Assembly (NCBI GenBank): GCA_048941015.1
Contig: JBHLNZ010000008.1
Span: forward strand, 16,596-80,595
Length of the DNA: 64,000 nt
Source of the DNA: Promethearchaeota archaeon
GTDB taxonomy: Archaea > Asgardarchaeota > Lokiarchaeia > Sigyniarchaeales > SOKP01
Direction of reading: 5' to 3'
Notes under the pieces: model-generated
What the model was told of the DNA's origin: nothing
The model's database searches: none
Seen by the model: only the letters and a program-made list of their open reading frames with translations
Program-made: the position numbers and the translations under genes
Shown: one piece after another, positions 1 to 8,362 of the stretch
Layout of the letters: every line of letters begins with the position of its first letter
Numbering within the stretch: the first letter of the stretch is position 1

Positions 1-238
1 TTGCAATTTTTCCATTTGGTTGTAAAGTGCGAATGCACTCTTTCCAAACTTTATTTAAAGAGGTAATATATTGATTATAGGATTGTCCAAATCCGATTTG
101 ATTGACATCTCCGTAATCTTTTACATTCCAATAAGGCGGTGAGGTCACGATTAATGTAATGGATTCTGAATCGACTTCTTCCATATGTTCAGAAGATTTA
201 AAAAAGACTAACTGGTTGTCGATTCTCATTTCATGCAT
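1..238 (-). CDS. DNA amino-methyltransferase (N4-C/N6-A, beta-class-like); N-terminal part only, runs off the window edge
   Basis: Not in ORF track. Manual translation MHEMRIDNQLVFFKSSEHMEEVDSESITLIVTSPPYWNVKDYG...VWKECIRTLQPNGKIA has the catalytic motif IV TSPPY near the N-terminus. Confidence 0.9.
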   Translation of the reverse strand, partial: MHEMRIDNQLVFFKSSEHMEEVDSESITLIVTSPPYWNVKDYGDVNQIGFGQSYNQYITSLNKVWKECIRTLQPNGKIA

Positions 239-317
239 AAAGAAATGTCACACTTAATCCAAAAAATATTTAATTATCAACTTGATGATAATGTATAAAA
301 AAAGAATGTAAAAAAGC

Positions 318-2624
318 TTAATTCGAGTATTCTTTTTTATCGATTGGTTGGAAAATGCCTTTTTTAATCAATTGGAGAGTAATCTGATAATCTTTTGGAC
401 TACAGGTATTTTCAGGAATAAGATATAGAAAATAGAAGTAAGGAAAGTTATGTTCTTTCATAAAAGTCTGAGCTTTTTTAACCATATCCCTTTCATCTTG
501 ATTTAATTTCATATCTTTTTTAATTGTGACAGTTAAAGGATAAAGTAAGGAAACATTGAGGTCACTCTCAACTAACTTTTTTATACTTCGAAAAGGTATA
601 AGATTACCTTGAAAGTCATCAATTAATTTGCCATAATATTTATAGATGTGATAAGCAAGAGACTCTATAGAATATATAAAATTTTTAGATGGATTGCTCT
701 TCATAATTACAATTAATCTCAAGTTGATGAATTCCGTCATAAAAATAATTGAATCTTTATACTCTACTTTCACTGTTTTTGAGTTTTTTGCTCCTTCAAT
801 AACTTCAACTCCAAAATTATGAATTGCTTGTAGAAAGCCCGAAATTAGAGTAGGATCTAAATCATTTTTTTCAAATGATTGAGAAAACAAATCGATTCCA
901 GTTTTTACATCAAGAACAATTATATTTTTAATATTCATAATATCATTACATTGTTTTAGAATTAGATTTAGCTTTTCTCTACGTTTTGATCCAACTTTTT
1001 TAATAGCAACATAACTAGAAAATCCAAGAGTTATTCCTCCCCCAATAATTAAGCCAATAATGAGAAAAAAGAAGAGATTCTTATCAGAATTAGTTAAAGT
1101 TGCTTTGGTAATAGTAAAAATTTGGAGACTACTTCCAGCGTCAGTTTCGTTATTCCAAAACAAATAAGCAATATAATCTCCTTCAATTGAATTAGCAGGT
1201 ATTTCATAAGAAAAGAGATTACTTTCTGATGGGAGCTGTTTAAGTAGTTGATATTTTTCTAATCCAAATGGATCATTTAATATAAAAGTATAATTTCCTG
1301 CTAAAATTGGAGAGTTAACAGAAAATCTTAGTTCTTGTTCAATTTTAAAATCAGTTTTAGGTGCATTGATAGTAATATCAATATGAGGTGAGTTAGCTGT
1401 AATCTCCCAATTAACTCCATTTTCAATAATATTATTAGGAATTATGATTGAATGGTCTATAGTGTTAATAATTATTTCTGATGTAATTTCTTCTTGGTTT
1501 TTAAAAATCTTTAGATTAAACCAACTTTTAGGGTATTCAAATTGAACGGTGTGGTTATTTGAAACTCTGGTAATTTCTGGATTGATATTCCATTGATTTA
1601 CTCTATTAGTTGTAACATTTAACTCCCCTGGAGCATTAAAAATATTAGAAATGTTAAAATTGTAATTTAAGCTAAATTTTAAAGTTTCAGTTTTATTATT
1701 CTCAATTTGGATTTCTATTTGTTCATTATGTGGCTTATAATTTATATTATTTCTTTTTAAATATCCTTCTCCTTGAGTATAACCATTCAATACCTGATAG
1801 GAATAACTATTAAATTCTGCTGTCATATTAATTTCTTCAGGATAGACGAGAGTTTCATTCATTCGAATTATTTTATATAAATAAGGAGAATTAGATGTTC
1901 CATTGCTCCATGTGTCTGTATCATCATATTCTGAAGTACTTAGATTCGAATTTGTTGGATCGATGTCATTATAATACCAATAATAACTGTCGTCACCAGT
2001 AGCCGATAAGTTAGTACCGTTTAATACTAAGTAAAAATTACCATCTGGTAATGTTAGTGGAGAGGTAAAATTTTGTAAATACCATCCCTCTTGAGTGGAC
2101 ATATTAATATCCATAGTGAGATAGTAACTATTATTAGGGCTATTACTAATTGAATCATAACCTCTTATCTGAACTTGAATTATTTTTGGATAAGTATCAC
2201 TAACTTTTTTCCCATAAATATAGACTCCATAAAGAGTTTCAGTTTTATTTAACTTAATTTGAACTCCTAACCCTTGACGCCTAAAATTTTTATTTTTGTA
2301 ATAAATATCATTATAAATTCCAGTATAATTTTTATCTTCGATATTTACTATTTCCTTGCCTAGTTCTAATATATCTGTAAAATTAAGTTCAATATCATTT
2401 AATTGCCAATTTGAAGTGGGTAATTCGACTTCAATTGAACTTATATTTTCGAAATTTCCTTGTTTAACAGAAGTTTCATTCATTTCAAAAGAAATATTAT
2501 TTAGAATTAATGATATTTCATTATTATCTGATGATTTAGCTCTTTTAATTGGTATAAAAGATAGAAATAAGCTAAATAGGATAATTACCAATAATAATCT
2601 CTTAAAAATTAAAACAGATTTCAT
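318..2624 (-). CDS. Single-pass membrane protein: signal peptide, beta-rich ectodomain, TM, cytoplasmic longin-like domain (paralog 1, tail subtype A)
   Basis: Hydrophobic N-terminus; many NxS/T sequons; TM LFFFLIIGLIIGGGITLGFSSYVAI then KKVGSKRR; LISGFLQAIHNFG motif shared with three paralogs. Confidence 0.8.
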   Translation of the reverse strand: MKSVLIFKRLLLVIILFSLFLSFIPIKRAKSSDNNEISLILNNISFEMNETSVKQGNFENISSIEVELPTSNWQLNDIELNFTDILELGKEIVNIEDKNYTGIYNDIYYKNKNFRRQGLGVQIKLNKTETLYGVYIYGKKVSDTYPKIIQVQIRGYDSISNSPNNSYYLTMDINMSTQEGWYLQNFTSPLTLPDGNFYLVLNGTNLSATGDDSYYWYYNDIDPTNSNLSTSEYDDTDTWSNGTSNSPYLYKIIRMNETLVYPEEINMTAEFNSYSYQVLNGYTQGEGYLKRNNINYKPHNEQIEIQIENNKTETLKFSLNYNFNISNIFNAPGELNVTTNRVNQWNINPEITRVSNNHTVQFEYPKSWFNLKIFKNQEEITSEIIINTIDHSIIIPNNIIENGVNWEITANSPHIDITINAPKTDFKIEQELRFSVNSPILAGNYTFILNDPFGLEKYQLLKQLPSESNLFSYEIPANSIEGDYIAYLFWNNETDAGSSLQIFTITKATLTNSDKNLFFFLIIGLIIGGGITLGFSSYVAIKKVGSKRREKLNLILKQCNDIMNIKNIIVLDVKTGIDLFSQSFEKNDLDPTLISGFLQAIHNFGVEVIEGAKNSKTVKVEYKDSIIFMTEFINLRLIVIMKSNPSKNFIYSIESLAYHIYKYYGKLIDDFQGNLIPFRSIKKLVESDLNVSLLYPLTVTIKKDMKLNQDERDMVKKAQTFMKEHNFPYFYFLYLIPENTCSPKDYQITLQLIKKGIFQPIDKKEYSN

Positions 2625-2703
2625 CTTATTGAAATTTCAATTTCAACTTTCTCTACATTCTAATCATTATTTTCGAAATAAATAATTTTCCCTTTTTTAG
2701 AAT

Positions 2704-3558
2704 CTATTCTGATTTTTGTAAATCTTGAATAATACTTTCCATTCTTTTTTTCACATTACTTCTCAAAAATCTATGGCGATCGGTTGGAATGTAAAATTTA
2801 TCATCATTCAAGATGGTTTGATATAGAATATCAGCCACAAATTTAGGAGTTATTCCATTCTTAATAGATTGACGATAAGCATTAATGAGTGGTTCTAGTT
2901 TAGGATTAGTTTTTATCGAATTATCCAGTTCTTTAGGTCTATTTCTATCACTGGTACAGAGGTTTGTCTGCACAAAACCAGGGCAAAGAGCAAAAACTTT
3001 TATCTTACTGCCTAAAAAAGCTAATTCATGTTTTAAGGACTCACTTATGGCGATTACAGCAAACTTAGTTATACTATATATGCTTGTTCCAATAGCAGGG
3101 GTAATTAAACTTGCCATAGAGGCGGTATTAATAATAATGCATTCCGTTCCTTGTCTAATCATAATAGGAAGAAAAACATGAATCCCATTTATTACGCCCC
3201 ATATATTAACATCAAAAATCCATTTCCAGTCATTTAATGAATTTTCCCAGATAGATGTTGACGAATTTCCAGAAAATCCTACTCCAGCATTATTGCATAA
3301 GATATCTACTTTTCCATAGTTATCGATACACGTTTTAGCTAAAGATCTTACATCATCAATTTTTGCTACATCTGTTAATATTCCTAAAACATTTGGATTA
3401 AATTGTCGAATTCTCTGTTCTGCTTCTAATAAAGCTTTCGATTCTATGTCTGCCAATACTACTTTGATACCCTCTTTTGCGAATTTTTCAGCTATTCCAT
3501 ATCCAATTCCACTAGCAGCACCAGTGATAACAGCTACTTTATCTTTAAATTCCTTCAT
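2704..3558 (-). CDS. Short-chain dehydrogenase/reductase
   Basis: TGAASGIG, NNAG, YSITK (YxxxK). Confidence 0.95.
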   Translation of the reverse strand: MKEFKDKVAVITGAASGIGYGIAEKFAKEGIKVVLADIESKALLEAEQRIRQFNPNVLGILTDVAKIDDVRSLAKTCIDNYGKVDILCNNAGVGFSGNSSTSIWENSLNDWKWIFDVNIWGVINGIHVFLPIMIRQGTECIIINTASMASLITPAIGTSIYSITKFAVIAISESLKHELAFLGSKIKVFALCPGFVQTNLCTSDRNRPKELDNSIKTNPKLEPLINAYRQSIKNGITPKFVADILYQTILNDDKFYIPTDRHRFLRSNVKKRMESIIQDLQKSE

Positions 3559-3721
3559 ATTTTTAATTATGTTATATATATTTATAAAGACTCACACATT
3601 TGTCAATCCTAATAATTTAAAAACTAAACTGATTAATTATTTGAAAAACTAATAATCATCAATAGGATGTTTTAATGTCAATTCTCTTTTAAATCATAAA
3701 TAAGCTTATCACCAACGAAAA

Positions 3722-4234
3722 ATGTATGATGCGATATTTAAGATTGTAATTTTTGGGGATGCTGGTTGTGGTAAAACTGCTTTAACAAAAAGGTTTATTA
3801 CTGATATGTTTATCCCAGATACCCAAATGACAATTGGAGTTGAATTTGAAATTAAAAGTATGGAGATTGGTGATCAAATGGTCAAACTCCAGATTTGGGA
3901 TTTTGGAGGTGAAGAAAGATTCAGGTTTCTCCTTCCTAAATACATTAGAGGCGCCTCTGGGGGTGTGCTGATGTATGATATCACAAACTATAGTTCCCTC
4001 TCTCATGTTGATGACTGGCTTTCTGTAATAAAAGAAAACCAAGAGGTTTTTCCAATAATATTGGTTGGCGGTAAGGCTGATTTAGAAGAGGATCGCGAAG
4101 TTAGTAAAGAAGAAGGTTTAAAGATTGCTTATTCGAGAGGGATCAATAGCTTTCTTGAATGTTCGAGTAAAACTGGAGAAAATGTTGAAGAAATTTTTAT
4201 TCTATTAACTGAAAATATGTTAAAAAAAATATAA
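3722..4234 (+). CDS. Rab-like small GTPase
   Basis: GDAGCGKT, TIGVEF, WDFGGE, GGKAD, CSSK. Confidence 0.95.
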   Translation: MYDAIFKIVIFGDAGCGKTALTKRFITDMFIPDTQMTIGVEFEIKSMEIGDQMVKLQIWDFGGEERFRFLLPKYIRGASGGVLMYDITNYSSLSHVDDWLSVIKENQEVFPIILVGGKADLEEDREVSKEEGLKIAYSRGINSFLECSSKTGENVEEIFILLTENMLKKI

Positions 4235-4281
4235 AATAGGAAAAAAAAAGAATTTTAAAACTTTAAAATGGTAGATATGAC

Positions 4282-5319
4282 CTATATTTGATATCTTTGG
4301 TTAATAACGGTTTGAAATTGAATATTTGGTTTTTCTTGGTGTTGATACCCGCCTCTTTTTGAAACCAAATAAAATTGTACCATTGTTTCATCATGAACTA
4401 GCGAAATTCCTCGCCATTTATTATTATTTGATTTGAATTCTACAACATTTCCGAGACCAATACCTTTTCTTTCTGAGAAATCAAGCTCTAATTTGTTTAA
4501 GACTTTTAGAAATTCATCGTGGTATTCAATATTTTCTCTTTTTACAGATTTCTCCTTGAATCTTAAAGCTTCTATTGAAAATGCTCGAATAATATCTGTA
4601 CTCATAAATTTCCATGCCTCTGAGTTAGCATAGAATTCAATTCCAATGAATTCATTATTAATAAAAACAGCAATTCCACATTGGTTATCAATATTTTTGA
4701 AATGTTTAACTATATCTTCTGTTTGTTTCTCAATATGCTTTGTCATTTCAAGATAACTTTGAGTAGGAGCTATATTTGCAGCATATTTCATTTCAGCTCT
4801 GTGAGATTGGATTTCATTCCAAACTCCAGCTTGACCTACAGCTGAAATTGCCTCAAAGGCAACGTTTGGATGAAGTCTTGTTGTCGAAGATTTAAAGTTT
4901 TTACCTTTTACGTAGCTCCATCTTGATTGCTCAACGCATTTAGCAGGGATAACATATTTCTGTCCCAAATTTTCAGGGTTAGTCCTTAATATGTTTCCTT
5001 TTCCACCTGATGGTAATAGGATAGGCTCCCAGATTGTCCTATCTTGCTTTCCACCATGGACTGTCATTCCGAATGGGATTAACAGTTGTTTATCACTTTT
5101 ATTAATAACTTCTAATTGACTAACTGTGTCTGATTCTATTACTTCTATTAAATTTAGTTCTTCAGCTTCTTTTATACTAATAAAATCAATGAATTTATCA
5201 TCTTGAACAATAATGGGGATAACTGTCATATTTTTATAAACTTGAGGATTACCCAATTTAAGAAAACCAAATGGAGTTTCAAACATTTGTTTTACAAACT
5301 GAATATTTTCCCTTTTCAA
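4282..5319 (-). CDS. ARPP-1 (DUF6569)-like protein
   Basis: V..LEVINKSDKQLLI, GGKQDR, IPAKCVEQSRW, Q.GVW.EI pattern recalled for this family. Confidence 0.75.
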   Translation of the reverse strand: MKRENIQFVKQMFETPFGFLKLGNPQVYKNMTVIPIIVQDDKFIDFISIKEAEELNLIEVIESDTVSQLEVINKSDKQLLIPFGMTVHGGKQDRTIWEPILLPSGGKGNILRTNPENLGQKYVIPAKCVEQSRWSYVKGKNFKSSTTRLHPNVAFEAISAVGQAGVWNEIQSHRAEMKYAANIAPTQSYLEMTKHIEKQTEDIVKHFKNIDNQCGIAVFINNEFIGIEFYANSEAWKFMSTDIIRAFSIEALRFKEKSVKRENIEYHDEFLKVLNKLELDFSERKGIGLGNVVEFKSNNNKWRGISLVHDETMVQFYLVSKRGGYQHQEKPNIQFQTVINQRYQI

Positions 5320-5321
5320 AC

Positions 5322-5732
5322 TTATTCTTCCTCCTTTTTTTTATTTTTACTTTTTTCTTTTTTACTTTCTTCTTCATAAAGTGGATCTATAAATTGATTT
5401 ACTATATTTTTTCCATTTTTAGTAAGCTCTATCCCATAAGATACTCTAAATTTGCCGCTTTCACCCTTACCATTGATTCTAACACCTCTTTCAGAAGGCA
5501 TTTCTTCCCTTTCTTCAGTATGAGTTTTTATTAATCCTCCTTTCTTCAGGGCTTGTATATGATAATTTATATTTTGCTTTGGTATTTCAAACTTATCGGC
5601 AATTTCTTGAGGTTTTTGGACACTTTGAGAAATTTCTCTCATTATATCTGCTCTTATAGGACTTCGAAATACAAGACCCACTTTATCGAAGATTGGCTTT
5701 TTTCTTTCTATTTTTTCTTCTTTTTTTGCCAT
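5322..5732 (-). CDS. ArsR-like winged-helix regulator
   Basis: SPIRADIM...PQEIADKFEIPKQNINYHIQALKKGGLI. Confidence 0.85.
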   Translation of the reverse strand: MAKKEEKIERKKPIFDKVGLVFRSPIRADIMREISQSVQKPQEIADKFEIPKQNINYHIQALKKGGLIKTHTEEREEMPSERGVRINGKGESGKFRVSYGIELTKNGKNIVNQFIDPLYEEESKKEKSKNKKKEEE

Positions 5733-5743
5733 ATTTTTAAAAC

Positions 5744-5971
5744 CTAATTTATATTTAGATTAGAATTTAAATTAAAATCTCCAAATTCCTTAACTTTTTC
5801 AAATTGAGAAATATGATAACCACACATAGGACATTCATTTTTCATTTCTTTAGATTGAATGTCAAACGCTTTAAATGAAAATCCACAAACCGGACAAATT
5901 ATCAAAATTGGAGATTCCATTCCCTTCATCTTTTTTTTCATGTTTTTTATTTTTTCTTTCACAATAATCAT
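5744..5971 (-). CDS. Small Zn-ribbon protein
   Basis: CPVCG...CPMCG; 11 bp upstream of the ArsR gene; true start may be a later Met. Confidence 0.7.
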   Translation of the reverse strand: MIIVKEKIKNMKKKMKGMESPILIICPVCGFSFKAFDIQSKEMKNECPMCGYHISQFEKVKEFGDFNLNSNLNIN

Positions 5972-6002
5972 TATTCATTAAAGATAAATTAGTCCAAACT
6001 TT

Positions 6003-6031
6003 TTTTACCGTAAAAGTTTTTACTGTAAAAA
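6003..6031. promoter_or_regulatory. Tandem palindromic operator TTTTACnGTAAAA x2
   Basis: ttttaccgtaaaa (6003-6015) and tttttactgtaaaaa (6017-6031), between a minus-strand TTTAAATA box (~6050-6057) and the 5971 start. Confidence 0.7.
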
Positions 6032-6288
6032 ATAAATAGTCAATCTCATATTTAAATGTTTGCATCTTTTTAAATTGAATAAAACGAGTTTTATAGCAAG
6101 AGACCTAAATGAATAATACAAAATAATCTCTAATTGATGACATTGATTTGTCAAAAATTTTAAACATTTTTAACAAAAGTTTTTTTCAAAAATTGTTAAA
6201 TTAGAGCGAGATTTCTTGTAATTTAATCAAAAACTAAATTATTTTAATATTTTTAGACAATATGTAAAAAATATAGAGGTGAAAAGTA

Positions 6289-6534
6289 ATGGTATTGTTA
6301 AAGAAATTAGGAAAAGAGAGTGGAGATATTGCTTTAGCATTTTTGCTAACTTGGTTAAGTCTTGATCTAATCGGGATGATTTTTGGTCATTATTTCCCAG
6401 ATACTAGTATTTTTTCTTTCTTTGAAGGTTTGCTATTAGGAGTTACAATGGTATTAGTAATAACAGGTCTATATTATTACGGACGCTCAATAAGAGAATC
6501 TCGAAAATCCTCAAAAGAACAAGATACAAAATAA
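6289..6534 (+). CDS. Small 2-TM membrane protein
   Basis: Two hydrophobic segments, basic tail, GAGGTGA SD-like motif upstream. Confidence 0.75.
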   Translation: MVLLKKLGKESGDIALAFLLTWLSLDLIGMIFGHYFPDTSIFSFFEGLLLGVTMVLVITGLYYYGRSIRESRKSSKEQDTK

Positions 6535-6608
6535 TTTAATTTAGTAAATTATTTTTTTTCCTCATATAAGATATTAAAATTAAAATAAATAGTATAATGG
6601 TGTAGATT

Positions 6609-7172
6609 GTGTCAATTCCCTCTGAAGATGTTATAATAAATGCTCTAAATCATGAGATTCGACGAGAAATTTTGAGATTATTAAAAGAAAAGAAGATGAG
6701 TTATTCTAATTTATTAGATCATTTCGCGATATCTACAGGCAAATTAAATTATCATCTAAAACTCCTTTCTGGGTTTGTTGAAAAGGATTCAGAAGGTCTT
6801 TATAAAACAACTAAACTTGGAATTAGACTTATCTCTCTTTTAAAATATTTAAATGAATCCATTACTGATGAGGACAGACCTCTACTTAAAAAAGCGTATG
6901 TTTCACAAATAGGAACAGATAAATCATTTCTTCGTATTCGATTAGTTGGAGGAATTTATTTTAAAATCACGGCAGTAATTGCTGTTGTTATATTAATTAT
7001 TGTAATGACGATTTATTATGCTATTGAAGGGGTTGATATTTTAAGTTTTTGGCCGTTGTATTTGATGCTTGCCATTTTAGTCCCTGTTGGACTAATATGG
7101 GCTCTTAGACTGTATAAACCTGCTAAACAGTTTGCAGATCGAATTGATAAAATATTAGAAGAATCAGATTAA
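6609..7172 (+). CDS. Membrane-anchored ArsR-type wHTH regulator
   Basis: ALNHEIRREILRLL...STGKLNYHLKLL plus two C-terminal TM helices. Confidence 0.85.
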   Translation: MSIPSEDVIINALNHEIRREILRLLKEKKMSYSNLLDHFAISTGKLNYHLKLLSGFVEKDSEGLYKTTKLGIRLISLLKYLNESITDEDRPLLKKAYVSQIGTDKSFLRIRLVGGIYFKITAVIAVVILIIVMTIYYAIEGVDILSFWPLYLMLAILVPVGLIWALRLYKPAKQFADRIDKILEESD

Positions 7173-7214
7173 TTAGGATTTATTTTATTGTATAGAGAGG
7201 TCTCTTAGATCATC

Positions 7215-8192
7215 TTAAAAATCTCGTCCTCTCCAGGTTTCGACCAAATCAAAGGTCATTAATTCTTCTGGATAGGGATTAAAAAAACGTTGTTCCATCA
7301 GATATTCTTGATTAAATCGTATCACCCATGATTTAATTAATTTATTTATAGAAAATAAAGGGATCCAGCCTGAACGATACTTTTCTAGCTCCTCTAAGAA
7401 AAATGCTTTTTCTTCTGGTTTGAGTTTTTTAGAAAAATAACCTAAAGCGTGCATAAGGACATTAATATTTGCAGTATCTTTTGGAAGTGTACTTAAGATT
7501 TCAAATAATTTAATTTCATATTTATTAATAATCTCTTTAAAACTTGCTTTTTCTAAGTTTGCTACTATTCTACCCATATCCCTCAAACCAATCTGATTAT
7601 AAGCCATGAATATGAATTTATTTTGGGTATGAAAATTTACTAATTCATGCAATGAATTACTTTTTTTTATTGTATTAAACAAAGCTTTTAAAAATATTTT
7701 TGTTAACCAATGTTCTCTTATCCTGAAGTTATTTAGTCTCCCTTCAGTTTCAATAGCTAATTCTGGAAGCTTCTGAAGTACTGATAGGCCAAATAGGCCT
7801 GGACCACGCCCTAGAACAGCTGCTCCTTTTAGCATACTATGATAATATTTGGTTTGGAATAGACCACAGGAAGGTGATTTTGATTTTAAAATAAATCCAT
7901 CAATTTCATTAATAGAAGCAAGAAATTTTAAAGTAAATTCAGTCATTTCCTTAGTCAATACTTTTTCAGTGTTACTTTGTATCAACTTTAAATTATCATT
8001 TTCTTTTACAATTCTAACTGGATCTCGAGGAATACCTAATCCAATTTCGAATTCTGGACATATTGGTATGAATTGAACATAAGATTTTAAAATTTTCACA
8101 AATGAGCTTTGAATAATCGCACCATTCCATCGACAAGGATCAAATTCAATGCACTTGCTTACTATTATTCTTGGTTTATTGAAATTCTTCAT
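7215..8192 (-). CDS. DUF523 (2-thiouracil desulfidase-like) + DUF1722 (YbgA) protein
   Basis: VSKC...CRWNG, CPE..IGLGIPR, KSKSPSCG, HALGYF, YFNPYP-like tail. Confidence 0.9.
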   Translation of the reverse strand: MKNFNKPRIIVSKCIEFDPCRWNGAIIQSSFVKILKSYVQFIPICPEFEIGLGIPRDPVRIVKENDNLKLIQSNTEKVLTKEMTEFTLKFLASINEIDGFILKSKSPSCGLFQTKYYHSMLKGAAVLGRGPGLFGLSVLQKLPELAIETEGRLNNFRIREHWLTKIFLKALFNTIKKSNSLHELVNFHTQNKFIFMAYNQIGLRDMGRIVANLEKASFKEIINKYEIKLFEILSTLPKDTANINVLMHALGYFSKKLKPEEKAFFLEELEKYRSGWIPLFSINKLIKSWVIRFNQEYLMEQRFFNPYPEELMTFDLVETWRGRDF

Positions 8193-8362
8193 CCCTCTAC
8201 AAATTTTTCTATTATTTAATGAAAATGATTATTATCAATTAATAATTTTAATTTATAAATCATTTTCTTTTTTAGCTTTAATATAAGCAGGATTAATTTT
8301 TAAAGTTAAGAATATTATTTCGAATTAACAAAAAATTAGACATTTTTAGGGGATTCTTTTAG

